The notes under the pieces: model-generated
What the model saw: the letters and a program-made list of their open reading frames with translations, nothing else
The model's database searches: none
What the model was told of the DNA's origin: nothing
Shown here: positions 18,107 to 29,106 of the stretch, in pieces
Layout of the letters: each line of letters opens with the position of its first letter
Position numbering within the stretch: position 1 is the stretch's first letter
NCBI GenBank assembly: GCA_963663805.2
Contig: CAXXMR010000014.1
Span: 32,001-96,000 of the forward strand
Direction: 5' to 3'
Origin: Sedimentisphaerales bacterium
Lineage (GTDB): Bacteria; Planctomycetota; Phycisphaerae; Sedimentisphaerales; SM23-30
DNA: 64,000 bases
Translations under genes and position numbers: made by a program

Positions 18107-20815
18107 CTATTTGCATTCAAGCCAATTGTCACCCCAGCCCACATCGACCTTCATCGCCACGTCCAGTTTCAGAGCGTTGGCCATTTCCGCCCGCACAATC
18201 TCGCCGTAGTCCTGGGCCTTTTCTCTGGGCAGTTCAAATACCAGTTCATCGTGTACCTGCATCAACATTTTCATTGCCAGATGCTCAGTCTCAATCCGCT
18301 TTTGCAAACGCACCATCGCGACCTTAATCATATCCGCCGCCGAACCTTGAATGACCGTATTAACCGCCATACGTTCTCCCATTTTTCGCTGATTGAAATT
18401 CCGCGAATTCAAATCCGCTATCGTTCGCCGCCGGCCTAGAATCGTCCGCACAAAGCTATCTTTTTTCGCCTGTTCGATTATCCCGTCCATAAAACCTTTA
18501 ATCTGCGGATAGCGTGCGAAATAATCATCGATAAATTTCTGGGCCTCATCCCGCGGCATACCCGTACCGCGACTCAGTCCAAAAGAGGTCTGGCCGTAAA
18601 TAATCCCAAAATTCACCGCCTTGGCCCGACCGCGCATCTCCGTGGTTACTTCATCGGGTGCAACCCCATAAATCTGGCTTGCCACAAAACGATGAATATC
18701 CTCGCCGCTTTCAAATGCTTTTAATAACGCCTCGTCCTTACTGAAATGGGCCAGCATCCGCAACTCAATCTGAGAATAATCCGCCGCTAACAGCACCGCG
18801 TCTTTATCGCCCGGCACAAACGCCCGCCTGATTTCCTGGCCCAGCTCTGTCCGAATAGGGATATTTTGCAGATTCGGGTCAGAGCTGCTCAGTCGGCCCG
18901 TTGCCGCTACCGTCTGATTAAACGAAGCGTGCAGCCTGCCCGTCCCCGAATTTATCATTATCGGCAGCTTATCAATATACGTACTTTTCAATTTACTCAA
19001 CTGCCGATATTCCAGCATCAGCCGCGGCACATCGTGTTTCCATTGCAACGCCTCCAGCACTTCCACATCCGTCGACGGACCTGATTTGGTTTTCTTGACC
19101 ACCTCCAGCCCCAATCGCTCAAACAGCACCTCGCCCAACTGCTTAGGCGACTCCACATTAAAAGTAACTCCCGCCGCGGCACATATTTCATCGACAAGCT
19201 CTTCCATCCGCTTACCAAGTTGCGTCGCCAGTTTTCTCAAACCGGTCACATCCAGTGCTACCCCGTTGTATTCCACTTTCGCCAAAACCCCCACCAGCGG
19301 CATTTCCACCTCGTCAAACAGCTTTTTAAGTTCCGCGTCCTTAAACTGCCCCGCCAGATATTCCCAAAGTCGCCAGGTAATATCCGCATCCTCCGCGGCG
19401 TAATCCGACGCAACCACAGTATCGACCATATCAAAGGTAATCTGCTTTTTACCCTTGCCGATAAGACTGTCAATCTTGATTGTCTCGTGGCCCAGATAAT
19501 CCGCGGCCATATCATCCATGTTGTGCCGGTTGCGTTCACTGTGCAGCAGATACGAAGCCACCATCGTATCGAAATCCACGCCCGCCAGTTCGATTCCCGC
19601 CCCGCGCAGGATAATAATATCATATTTTATATTCTGGCCGATCTTGGCAATATTTTCGTCTTCCAGAATCGGTCGTAATTCTTCGCGCACTGCTGACCAG
19701 TCCAGTACCGGCGAAGTCATCGGCCCCTTGACCGGCAGATAGTAACCCTGCTCTGCCTGCCACGAAAAACTCAAGCCCACCAGCTCCGCCGCCCGCGCGT
19801 TTACAGATGTCGTCTCGGTATCTATCGCGAACCGCTTTTGCTTCTTCAGCTCAGCCAGAAAATCCTTAAAACCTCCCTCGTCCTCGACCAGAATATATTC
19901 CTTCTCTATTTTATTTCTGAGTGTCGCCAAATTTTTGACATCGGTTTCAGTTTCTCCGCTTATATCGTCCAGTTGGTCCAGCAGCCGCCGAAAGTTCAAC
20001 TCCTCAAATAACTGTTCCAGTTTTTGCCGGTCGCCGCTGACCTGTTTCATATCCTCCCATTCGTATACCAGCGGCACATCCAGGTTTATCGTCGCCAGTT
20101 TGCGTGAAAGCTCTGCCTGCTCAACATTAGCCCGCAGATTATCCCCACGTTTACCTTTAATCTCATCAGCGTGAGCGAGCAGCCCATCCAGACTGCCATA
20201 TTTAGCAATCCACTGAGCCGCGGTTTTGGGCCCGACGTCCGGCACACCCGGAATATTATCCGAAGTGTCGCCCGCCAAGGCCAACACATCGACAACCTGT
20301 TGGGGTTCAATGCCTTTCTTTTCCTTCAATGCCGCCACGTCGGTTTCTTCGTCCTTACGCGGATCGTACATCTTCACCCCTTCGCCCAGCAACTGTTCCA
20401 GGTCTTTATCCTTTGAACAGATAAAAGTCTCGAACCCCTCAGCCAGGGCCCGACTGCTCAGCGTGCCGATAATATCATCGGCCTCATAACCCGGCAGACG
20501 CAAAACCGGGATTCGCATCGCCTCCAGTATTTCCACAATCCGCTCGACCTGCACCGGCAAATCTTCGGGCACTTCCGGCCGATTGGCTTTGTATTCCGGG
20601 TAAATCTCATGCCGAAAAGTCTGCCCGCCCGAATCCATCGCCACTACCAGATAGTCGGGCCGCCGCTCCTTAATGAGCTTTATCAGCATGGTCGTAAAAA
20701 TCAGTGTCGCTTTGGTCGGCTCGCCCGTACTGCTGGACATATTCCCACCCGTGGGAGCGAAATAGGCCGAGAAAATCTGAGCGTGACCATCGATTATGTA
20801 AAGGCTTTTAGCCAT
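18107..20815 (-). CDS. polA: DNA polymerase I
   Basis: 5'-3' exonuclease (YKANR, GYEADDIIG), 3'-5' exonuclease (IDTETT), polymerase (ADYSQIELR, KAVNFGIIYG, QVHDEL); start at ATG 20815. Confidence 0.98.
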   Translation of the reverse strand: MAKSLYIIDGHAQIFSAYFAPTGGNMSSSTGEPTKATLIFTTMLIKLIKERRPDYLVVAMDSGGQTFRHEIYPEYKANRPEVPEDLPVQVERIVEILEAMRIPVLRLPGYEADDIIGTLSSRALAEGFETFICSKDKDLEQLLGEGVKMYDPRKDEETDVAALKEKKGIEPQQVVDVLALAGDTSDNIPGVPDVGPKTAAQWIAKYGSLDGLLAHADEIKGKRGDNLRANVEQAELSRKLATINLDVPLVYEWEDMKQVSGDRQKLEQLFEELNFRRLLDQLDDISGETETDVKNLATLRNKIEKEYILVEDEGGFKDFLAELKKQKRFAIDTETTSVNARAAELVGLSFSWQAEQGYYLPVKGPMTSPVLDWSAVREELRPILEDENIAKIGQNIKYDIIILRGAGIELAGVDFDTMVASYLLHSERNRHNMDDMAADYLGHETIKIDSLIGKGKKQITFDMVDTVVASDYAAEDADITWRLWEYLAGQFKDAELKKLFDEVEMPLVGVLAKVEYNGVALDVTGLRKLATQLGKRMEELVDEICAAAGVTFNVESPKQLGEVLFERLGLEVVKKTKSGPSTDVEVLEALQWKHDVPRLMLEYRQLSKLKSTYIDKLPIMINSGTGRLHASFNQTVAATGRLSSSDPNLQNIPIRTELGQEIRRAFVPGDKDAVLLAADYSQIELRMLAHFSKDEALLKAFESGEDIHRFVASQIYGVAPDEVTTEMRGRAKAVNFGIIYGQTSFGLSRGTGMPRDEAQKFIDDYFARYPQIKGFMDGIIEQAKKDSFVRTILGRRRTIADLNSRNFNQRKMGERMAVNTVIQGSAADMIKVAMVRLQKRIETEHLAMKMLMQVHDELVFELPREKAQDYGEIVRAEMANALKLDVAMKVDVGWGDNWLECK

Positions 20816-20916
20816 TGTATCCATCTCCAAAAAAAACTGGGCCAAAACCCAAAGAAATGACCATGCCCCCCATCATACCCCCATAAAAACTAACCGTCAA
20901 CCATCCGCAGAATCGC

Positions 20917-21960
20917 TTAACTCTGCACTTTTTTGTTTTCGCCCAATCGCCCTGCCATCACCTCTGCCACCGGGCGGGTATAATCAAACTTGCTCATCAT
21001 TATCCGCACAATCCCCGTAATCGGCGTCGCCAGGAACATTCCCGCTACGTTCCATATCACCCCGAAAAATATCAACGACAGCAACACGGTAATCGGGTGC
21101 AGATTGAGCGACTTGCCCATTATCCGCGGCTGAACGATATTGCCGATACCAAACTGTATGACCGCGGGAATTAACATCGCCAGTATCTTCGCCCCCACCG
21201 ACATCTCCGGACTCAAAAACACCACCGGCAGCGGCAGCAGGGTCGCGATTATCGAACCGATACTCGGTATGAAATTCAGCAGAAACGTCAGAAACCCAAA
21301 CACATACGCAAACTGCACACCCAGCAGCCAGAGCGTAACACCCACTAACAGCCCCGTCAGACTGGACGTGAACAGCAGCGTGCGAATATAAAGCGTCATT
21401 TGTGATTCAATGTCAGCCAGCACACCTTTATTCGGATCGCCCTGCCCGCTCTTGCCCGCCAGTATGAATATCAGGAACACCAGCACCAACACGCCGTTCG
21501 AGAGAATATTCATCGTTTCGCTAATAACGCTTTTCGATACCGATTTAATCATATTAGCCGAAAACTCATCGACCGTCCCGAATATCTGCTCCGGATTGAG
21601 TTTTAATTTGTCCAGCGGCAGATAGTTCCAGATATTGTGCGACAGTTCCCGAATCTGCACCAGGTACGCGTCCCGGTTGACCCCTATTTGCTCCGCCGCC
21701 GTCAATATCAGCAAACCTACCATAAACAAAAACGCGCAGCCAATAATAAACGTACTAAAAATCGCCAACGCCCGCGGCAGACGCAGCTTTTGTACCTGAA
21801 CCTCGATGACCGGCGAAAGACAATAATAAATAAACACCGCCAGCACAAAAGGTATCAACGCCGCACTAAGAAAATACATCGACAGCGACAACGCGAACCC
21901 GCTCAAAATCAGCAGACAAAAAGTCTGAACCCGCTGACCACGAATCAGCTTATCATCCAT
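20917..21960 (-). CDS. AI-2E family (PerM-like) membrane transporter
   Basis: Multi-TM; LNFIPSIG and P.IMGKSLNLHP motifs. Confidence 0.9.
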   Translation of the reverse strand: MDDKLIRGQRVQTFCLLILSGFALSLSMYFLSAALIPFVLAVFIYYCLSPVIEVQVQKLRLPRALAIFSTFIIGCAFLFMVGLLILTAAEQIGVNRDAYLVQIRELSHNIWNYLPLDKLKLNPEQIFGTVDEFSANMIKSVSKSVISETMNILSNGVLVLVFLIFILAGKSGQGDPNKGVLADIESQMTLYIRTLLFTSSLTGLLVGVTLWLLGVQFAYVFGFLTFLLNFIPSIGSIIATLLPLPVVFLSPEMSVGAKILAMLIPAVIQFGIGNIVQPRIMGKSLNLHPITVLLSLIFFGVIWNVAGMFLATPITGIVRIMMSKFDYTRPVAEVMAGRLGENKKVQS

Positions 21961-22011
21961 AGTTTATCCTACCATTTGAAAATAATTTTGCGGGCTCAAC
22001 TGGCTATTAGT

Positions 22012-22485
22012 TTACTTTTCAGTTGTACCCTTTGAAGTATCTTGAAGGCACCGTTCTTTTTTACATCTAAATTTATCCTCTGCCCAAACGCCAGTTCGTT
22101 TCAGAATCAGCGGCAGAAAAACCGCAAGGGCGCAACTCAGTGTCACCAATGCCGTTGTCATATTTTCATCACCGGTAAATTTTTTCCAAACCAGCCACCA
22201 GCAAAGACAAATGACCGGACTGATTAGGAGAGAAATACCAATCACTGCCCAGGCCCCACCGTAAATCTTTTTGAATTCCCGTTCCCATTCCAGTTGTCGT
22301 GCCGTCTCCCGGCTCATATCATACATACCCAGAACAACCGCCATGACCATCCCCATAGGCCAGATAAAAGCCAGATACCGCCAGACATACTCACCCAGAG
22401 CATAGCCCGACACTCCGCCGACAATCAGCCACACCCCGCCCATCACATGCCACGCCATCATTTTCTTGCGAACATTAATATCCAT
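22012..22485 (-). CDS. Hypothetical 4-TM membrane protein
   Basis: Four hydrophobic segments; co-oriented with neighbours; start uncertain (22485 or 22515). Confidence 0.65.
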   Translation of the reverse strand: MDINVRKKMMAWHVMGGVWLIVGGVSGYALGEYVWRYLAFIWPMGMVMAVVLGMYDMSRETARQLEWEREFKKIYGGAWAVIGISLLISPVICLCWWLVWKKFTGDENMTTALVTLSCALAVFLPLILKRTGVWAEDKFRCKKERCLQDTSKGTTEK

Positions 22486-22524
22486 AACACTGCCCTCATA
22501 AAAATCAGCAGCCAAACCCGCGAA

Positions 22525-23346
22525 TCACCAACCAACCACAACAGCATGGAGATACTTCAGCAGAATCGTATGGGCGGGTGCAACCATCTCACCGTGATTA
22601 TGCCCGCCGATTTCGTAAATCTCCGTTTGCTTATGCCCCGCCACCCGCATCATTCGCATCATATAGGCATTCTCTTCATAGCGGCCCAGCATCTCCTGTT
22701 CTCTGTCGCCCGTAATAAGAATCAAAGGCGGCGCGTCGGCACGCACATGATAAAGCGGTGCGAACTTATCGACAATCGGCTGTTTACCCGAAATACCGCG
22801 TTCTTCGCGGACCGTAAAATGTGTGATCGTATGCCCGCTGTAAGGTATCAGTGCCGCGATTTTATTTGCGTCGATATCGTGCTTGGCCAGGTAAGATTTG
22901 TCCAGCCCAACCATACTGGTCAGATAGCCGCCGGCTGAATGACCTGAAATAACAATTGAATCGGGAGAACCGCCGTACTTTTCGATATTTTTGAACACCC
23001 ACGCCACACCCGCCGCCGCGTCTTCGATATAAACCGGACAGCTCACCTTTGGAAAAAACCGATACTCCACCGCCACCACCGCGATACCTTTATCTTTGAA
23101 AGCGCCGGGAATATCCTTATTACCAGCTCGCAATCCGCCGCCGTGGAACCAGACCACCGTCGTAAATTCTTTCGTATCAACCGGATAGTAAATGTCCAAC
23201 CGACACTGACTCTCAGCGTATTCATCAAAGCCCGGCGTGTCTTTGTCAAGATAGAGAATATCCGTCTCAGTCTTATATTCCGTCGCGCTCGCAGCCACAG
23301 CCATAACCAGACACAAAACCAACATCATCGCAATCTTCTTCTTCAC
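22525..23346 (-). CDS. Exported alpha/beta hydrolase (esterase/lipase, HGGG type)
   Basis: Signal peptide, WFHGGG, GHSAGG nucleophile elbow. Confidence 0.92.
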   Translation of the reverse strand: MKKKIAMMLVLCLVMAVAASATEYKTETDILYLDKDTPGFDEYAESQCRLDIYYPVDTKEFTTVVWFHGGGLRAGNKDIPGAFKDKGIAVVAVEYRFFPKVSCPVYIEDAAAGVAWVFKNIEKYGGSPDSIVISGHSAGGYLTSMVGLDKSYLAKHDIDANKIAALIPYSGHTITHFTVREERGISGKQPIVDKFAPLYHVRADAPPLILITGDREQEMLGRYEENAYMMRMMRVAGHKQTEIYEIGGHNHGEMVAPAHTILLKYLHAVVVGW

Positions 23347-23372
23347 AGCATATCTCCTTATCCAAAAAGTAA

Positions 23373-24404
23373 TTAGCTCAATATTCCCTCAACCTTTTGA
23401 CGCTGCTCAGGGGTAGCGATAAACAGGACCGCCATCCCCTTTTCAAACTTAATGTCCGCTCCTGGATTATGTTTGAAATCACTCTTGTGACTAATCTCCG
23501 AAGCATAACTGATTATTAACACGCCGCATTTATCATAAAACTCGCCAAAGGATTTGCCCACAAACTCAGAATTTCCCCCCACAATAACCTGCTCCACCCT
23601 AAGACCGGTATCGGTCTTACTGTGCAGCATACCATCCAGAAACGAAACTACTTGTGGCCTAAGAAGTTCCGAAGCAATTCGCATTCCGCCGATACGGTCG
23701 GGACAAACCAGATGGGCGGCGCCGGCTTTTAGAAGTTTCTTCCGGGCGCTTAATGACTTAAATGATGATGCCAACTGCAACTTAGGATTCAAATCCCGCG
23801 CGGCCAAAATCAGATAAAGGTTTTCCTTATCGTTATCCAGACAAGCTACCAGTCCTTTGGCACGCCCAATACCGGCTTCCTCCAGTATTGTATCGTCTGT
23901 GGCGTCCCCCTCAACGTAAGCCAGCTCAGGAATAGTCTTCTGAAGGGCTTCCAAAGCGGCCCGGTCGCTGTCGATTATCACAAATCCCCGCCGGGTCGCG
24001 TGCAGCTCCTCAGCGACGAACACTCCTAAGTCCTTAATACCACATATGATATAATGACTATCCATTTTGCTTATCCTCTTTCGGAGCTTGAGATACTCGA
24101 AATATTTCCTGAGTCGGCCCTCGACCAGGAAGGCGGTGAAATTTGAAATCGTGTAGGCAACCACAACCATGTAGGCAATGATGGTAAAGATTGTAAATAC
24201 TGTAAGGACAGTACTTTCCTTAACATTCAGCAGGTCTTCGTAACCTATGGTGGAGATGGTAATAGTAACCATATATAGGCAGCGGAGCAGGGTTACGTCG
24301 CGGCCTTCCCAGTGGGCGAGAATGTAATACGCAACGGCGGAAAGGAGCATCAGGCCTACGAGAACCTTGATGGGACGCATTATTTTGGAGATTTCATTAT
24401 TCAT
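23373..24404 (-). CDS. Potassium channel protein with RCK (TrkA-N/C) domains
   Basis: TISTIGY selectivity filter, HYIICG, GDATD. Confidence 0.92.
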   Translation of the reverse strand: MNNEISKIMRPIKVLVGLMLLSAVAYYILAHWEGRDVTLLRCLYMVTITISTIGYEDLLNVKESTVLTVFTIFTIIAYMVVVAYTISNFTAFLVEGRLRKYFEYLKLRKRISKMDSHYIICGIKDLGVFVAEELHATRRGFVIIDSDRAALEALQKTIPELAYVEGDATDDTILEEAGIGRAKGLVACLDNDKENLYLILAARDLNPKLQLASSFKSLSARKKLLKAGAAHLVCPDRIGGMRIASELLRPQVVSFLDGMLHSKTDTGLRVEQVIVGGNSEFVGKSFGEFYDKCGVLIISYASEISHKSDFKHNPGADIKFEKGMAVLFIATPEQRQKVEGILS

Positions 24405-24587
24405 GCAATAATTATGATTTTAGCACGTCATACAATAGCGGCTGACATTTGTTAATGTCATAAATCCTGATAACACAGGTATTAACCCAAGGGAGTATTT
24501 TGAGCAACCATTTTTTGCGTGTGGAGTGCGCGTAGAAATGGAATTTTTCTGAAAATCGATAAAATTATGCTGTCGGCAATTAAAAGT

Positions 24588-25156
24588 ATGCTGTAAGTGC
24601 TTATTTTTGTGAGCGCGAGGGTGACTTCGTGGGCGCGATTGGGGCTTAAAACGGTTTTTTCGGGTGGGGGGTTCTCCTTAATACGCAATTTGCAGGGGGC
24701 GAAATCAGCGCGATTGGGGATTTGGGGGGGGTAAAAAGAGTGTTTTGGGGCAGTGGGCGGGGGATTTTGGGTGTGAATATGCCTGTTTGGGGCGTTATTG
24801 CGGTGGCAAAGTCGTGTTTGCGGTGGGGGTTTTCGGCGCGGTTTGGGCTGGGGTGACCGATTTTTGACGATTTTTTTTGGTTTTTTTGGATTTTGGATGA
24901 ATTTTTCTGGAAAAATTCCTGTTTTTGGTGGGCGGAGTGGACTGGCTGGACGAGGTGGGCAAAACTGGACGGGCTGGACAGGTTTTTGGACACCATCCCC
25001 TATGCCCCTCTGGGGTCTTTAACGGTAGTGACGCAACGGGTGTTTTGAGCTGGGGTTTGGGCGACGGTGCGGGGCGAACTTTGGTCGGAGTGGTTTAATT
25101 AACGGCACCGCTTACTTACGTGCGCGGCTCTGATGGACGGTGGTTGGGGAGTGGAG
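24588..25156. repeat. ~570-bp non-coding dispersed repeat, copy A (uninterrupted)
   Basis: Reverse complement matches 56067-56368 joined to 57839-58134, with scattered substitutions and small indels. Confidence 0.93.
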
Positions 25157-25245
25157 GATGGCTTGTGGGTGTATCCGGCTGCTGACGCGGGGCGGTTCCT
25201 GCTGGTGGTTCCCCCTGGGCTGATGCCTGGTTGGGATAAATAATT

Positions 25246-25301
25246 GTACCGGACACCGTTTCCTTCTCGGACACCGTTTCCTTCTCCAAAGTACCGGACA
25301 C
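25246..25301. repeat. REP-like direct repeats CGGACACCGTTTCCTTCT x2 flanked by GTACCGGACAC
   Basis: 18-mer at 25250-25267 and 25268-25285; GTACCGGACAC at 25246 and 25291. Confidence 0.85.
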
Positions 25302-25302
25302 A

Positions 25303-28300
25303 TTAGGCCACGGCTGTTCCATCGTCTGTGTCGTCATCGGTGGCGAATTTAACTGATACTTTCTTGCTGACGCCCTGTTCCTGCATAGTCACGCCGTAAA
25401 TCACATCCGCGATAGACATGGTTCTTCGGGCGTGGGTAATGACGACGAACTGGGAGGTGTTCAGGAACTCCTTGATAACGAGGTTGAAGCGTTCGTTATT
25501 GGCTTCGTCGAGCGCGGCGTCGACCTCATCGAGCAGGCAGAACGGGCTGGGCTTGCTCTTGAAGACCGCCAGCAGCAGAGCGACGGCAGTCATGGTTTTT
25601 TCTCCGCCGCTGAGCAGGGAAATGCTTTGGGGCTGTTTGCCGGGTGGTCGTGCGACGATTTCTATGCCGCATTCGAGGATGTTTTCCGGGTCCAGAAGGG
25701 TAATCTCGGCCTTGCCTCCGCCGAAGAGTTTGCGGAACAGTTCAGCGAAGTTGATACGAATAGCGTCGAAGGTTTCCTGGAAGCGGGTGACGCTTTCTTC
25801 ATTGATGCGATTGATAAGAGACTCAAGCTGTTCGCGGGAATCCATAAGGTCGGTGGCTTGTTGATTGAGATAATCGGCCCGTTTTTCGAGTTCTTCCTGT
25901 TCGGTAATGGCATCGAGATTGATATTACCCAGACGTTCGATCTTGCCGCGCAGGTCGTCGATTTCCGCCTTGACTGCCTGCCAGTCGATAGCCCCGCTGA
26001 GGAACTGCCGTTGAAGTATTTCGGCCTCGGATTCTTCTTCGGCGGGAGCATCGTTATCAGCGATTTGTTCTGCCGCGGGCTGTTCGGTTTCCGGAGTTTC
26101 GTTGGTGGGTTCACCTGGCCGTTCCGCGGCGAGCCGGGCCTGCTTTTGAAGCTCGATTTGCTTTTGATAATATTCGACCAGGTCGAGCGAAAGTTCCTCG
26201 CGCACCTTTTCGATAAGACTCTCGTTACGAAGTCTATATTCGTTCAGCTTCATCTGGGCCTGATGACAGTTTTCCTGGACCTGCTCATGTTTGAGGTGAC
26301 ATTCCTGGGCGAGCCGGCGTAATTCTTCCATCTCCTCACGCTGCCGGTCGCGTTCCTTACGCAGCCCGACGGTTTGGCCGTGATGTTCCTGCCGCCGCAT
26401 AAAAAGCTCTGCCAAGGCTGACTCAGCGGTAAGAATCGCCCGCTGCGAAGAAAGAATATTCGACTGAGCGTTATTAAGGTCGGTACGCAGCGACTGCATG
26501 GTATGGTCGAACTGCCGGATTTGCGTTTCGATGCTGGAGATTCGTTCCCTCAGGGCCAGTCGTTTCTGCTGGGTCTGGCCGACACTGACTTTCATATCTG
26601 TTATCTGGTCGAGAACCACCTGGTCCTCACTGGCGAGCAGGCGGATTTGTTCTTCGAGTAAATCGACACGTTCCTGCCGCTGCTGGTTGACGGTCTGGAG
26701 TTCGGAAAGATTCTGTTCGCTCTGCGACTGTTTATTGATGGCCTGCTCGATTTGTTCTTCAAGCGTGGCGATTTCAGATTCGATAAGGGGGCTTTCCTGT
26801 TTGAGCCTCTGGACGTTCTGGTCCACCCGGTCGAGTCGTCCGCGAGTTTCGACCTCCTCGGTACTGATTTCATAGATTGCGGTACGCAGTTCCTGAAGAT
26901 TCTTTTCCAGATGGTCTGCCTGAGTAGCGTATTGTTCGGTCTGGTTTTGCAGTTCGCCGATGCGGTCTTGGGCTTCCAGCAGACCGTGGTCCAGTTCGCG
27001 CAGTTCGCTCTTTCGAGAAATCAGTCCGGTATGTGCAGTTTGCGGGCCCAGGTGAATCGTGCCGTCGGCTTCGAGAAGCTCGCCCCTGAGCGTTACCCAA
27101 CGATAGCCCGCGGGGGCCTGTTCTGCCAACTTAACCGCCGAGGCGATATTGTCAACCAGTATGGTCTTGCCGAGCAGATGCCAGGCGAGTTTCTGATTTT
27201 CTTCGGAAAATTTAACCAGGTCAATCAAACGTGCCTGCACTTCCGGTCGATTGTCAAGGTCAAAACCGTTGGTGTAAGGGCCAACCCGGTCCAGACAGAT
27301 TATCTGCACCCGGCCGGGCAGTTCGTCAAGATTGTCGCTGTCTTCAATAACCAGACGACTGTCAGCGGCGACCAGATGCTGAGCCCGTTCGCCCAGGGCT
27401 GCCTCGATAATCGAAGCGTACTTGACCTCCGCCTGAAGCAGTTCAGCCACCATGCCGCGGACATAATAATAACGTTCGGGGTCAAGGGCACGGGCTTCCA
27501 GAATCTGCCGTACACCTTTATCGACACCTTCCAGCTTGGCCTCCATATCAGAAAGAACCTGTCGCCGGGAAATCAACCCGCTGCGATACTCCTTGGCCGC
27601 CGAAAGCTGTTCACTGCAAGCGAGTCTTTCTGCGCCGAGCTGGGCGAGCTGCTGGCGTTTGTTTTCGAGCTGTTCCTGCGATTCGCTGCGAAGTACGTTA
27701 ATCTGTTCGAGCTTTTCTTCGTACTGGGCCCGTTCGGTGAGCAGGCTGGTAAGTTCATCAGCGATTTGCGAGGAGCGGTCGCTGAGCCGGTCTTTTTGGC
27801 CGCTGAGACTGTCCCGGCGCACATCCAGCGATTGGATTTCATTATGCAGTTGAGCGGTACGGCGCACAATATCGATAAGCCCGCTCTTTTCATCGTCCAG
27901 CTGGGCCCGGGACTCGGCCAGCTGCAAAGCTTTGTCCTGACGAAGGGTTTGCAGATTTTCAAGCTCAGCCTGGAGCGTCTTTAGCTGTTCTTCGATTTCT
28001 TCCAACTGCTGACGGTCAGCGGCACTGTCCTGCTGGAGCTGGCGGTTCTGGATACGCAAATTATGCATCTGCTGGCGTGTGCGGGTAAGCTGCTGATTAA
28101 GTTCATCGCAGCGGCGTTGTCCCATCTCGATGCGGTCTTCCTGGGTGGAAATCTGAGCGGTGCATTGGAGCAGTTCCCTTTCGTGTTCCTGAATCTGCTG
28201 TTCGAGGTGGTCCAAATCATGTTCGATATTACTTAGCTGGGCCTGAGTACGTACATTTTCAGCGTTGACTCCGGCCAGTTCATCCTGAAAAGCCTCAAGT

Positions 28301-29040
28301 TCTGCCGCGGTGGTTTCGGTGTCCTGACGAAGTTGATGATATTCGGAAAGATGCTGTATCAGACGCAGCTCTTTCAGCCGGGTGCTGTAAGTTTGATAAT
28401 TGCGAGCCTTGCCCGCCTGCACCTTTATAGAACGCAAACGCTTTTCCAGTTCGCCGATAACATCGGTCAAGCGCAGCAGATTTTGCTCGGTCCGTTCAAG
28501 TTTTCGCAGGGCTTCTTTTTTGCGTGCCTTATAGCGACTGATGCCGGCGGCTTCTTCGAAAATCGAACGACGGTCCTGCGGTGACGCCTGGAGCAGAACC
28601 GCGACTTTACCCTGTTCGATAATGCTGTAAGCGTCAGTACCGATGCCGGTATCGAGAAATGTCTCGCGAATGTCCTTGAGTCGGCAGGCCTTGTTGTTGA
28701 GCAGATATTCACTGTCGCCGCTGCGATAGAGCCGACGGGTAACGGCGACTTCGTTTTCGTCGGTTTTGAGAATTGACTGGCTGTTTTCAAAAACGAGCGT
28801 CACCTCAGCCATGCTGCTGCTTTTGCGAGTACTCGAGCCGTTGAAGATGACATCGAGCATCTGGCCGCCGCGAAGACTCTTGGCGCTTTGTTCGCCCAAT
28901 ACCCATCGTACCGCGTCAACAATATTGCTTTTCCCGCAGCCGTTGGGCCCGACAACAACAGTAACCCCATCCTCAAAATCGAACGCGGTTTTATCGGCGA
29001 AACTCTTGAAACCGTTAAGAATTATTTTCTTTAACTTCAT
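25303..29040 (-). CDS. smc: Chromosome segregation protein SMC
   Basis: GFKSF, GPNGCGKSN Walker A, coiled coils, hinge, LSGGEK, LDEVDAALD. Confidence 0.98.
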   Translation of the reverse strand: MKLKKIILNGFKSFADKTAFDFEDGVTVVVGPNGCGKSNIVDAVRWVLGEQSAKSLRGGQMLDVIFNGSSTRKSSSMAEVTLVFENSQSILKTDENEVAVTRRLYRSGDSEYLLNNKACRLKDIRETFLDTGIGTDAYSIIEQGKVAVLLQASPQDRRSIFEEAAGISRYKARKKEALRKLERTEQNLLRLTDVIGELEKRLRSIKVQAGKARNYQTYSTRLKELRLIQHLSEYHQLRQDTETTAAELEAFQDELAGVNAENVRTQAQLSNIEHDLDHLEQQIQEHERELLQCTAQISTQEDRIEMGQRRCDELNQQLTRTRQQMHNLRIQNRQLQQDSAADRQQLEEIEEQLKTLQAELENLQTLRQDKALQLAESRAQLDDEKSGLIDIVRRTAQLHNEIQSLDVRRDSLSGQKDRLSDRSSQIADELTSLLTERAQYEEKLEQINVLRSESQEQLENKRQQLAQLGAERLACSEQLSAAKEYRSGLISRRQVLSDMEAKLEGVDKGVRQILEARALDPERYYYVRGMVAELLQAEVKYASIIEAALGERAQHLVAADSRLVIEDSDNLDELPGRVQIICLDRVGPYTNGFDLDNRPEVQARLIDLVKFSEENQKLAWHLLGKTILVDNIASAVKLAEQAPAGYRWVTLRGELLEADGTIHLGPQTAHTGLISRKSELRELDHGLLEAQDRIGELQNQTEQYATQADHLEKNLQELRTAIYEISTEEVETRGRLDRVDQNVQRLKQESPLIESEIATLEEQIEQAINKQSQSEQNLSELQTVNQQRQERVDLLEEQIRLLASEDQVVLDQITDMKVSVGQTQQKRLALRERISSIETQIRQFDHTMQSLRTDLNNAQSNILSSQRAILTAESALAELFMRRQEHHGQTVGLRKERDRQREEMEELRRLAQECHLKHEQVQENCHQAQMKLNEYRLRNESLIEKVREELSLDLVEYYQKQIELQKQARLAAERPGEPTNETPETEQPAAEQIADNDAPAEEESEAEILQRQFLSGAIDWQAVKAEIDDLRGKIERLGNINLDAITEQEELEKRADYLNQQATDLMDSREQLESLINRINEESVTRFQETFDAIRINFAELFRKLFGGGKAEITLLDPENILECGIEIVARPPGKQPQSISLLSGGEKTMTAVALLLAVFKSKPSPFCLLDEVDAALDEANNERFNLVIKEFLNTSQFVVITHARRTMSIADVIYGVTMQEQGVSKKVSVKFATDDDTDDGTAVA

Positions 29041-29106
29041 CTGACCTTTACGTCCTCCGTGACTTATCTTAGGGCCGCTCCGGGCCTTAGTCGTTACTTA
29101 ATCATC

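Noticed and set aside
25246..25301. Direct repeats as a mini CRISPR array
   Set aside because: 18-bp units abut without spacers and no cas genes are present
24482..25337. Short ORFs inside the 570-bp repeat and its copy at 56-58 kb
   Set aside because: Low-complexity translations; indels between the copies break the frames
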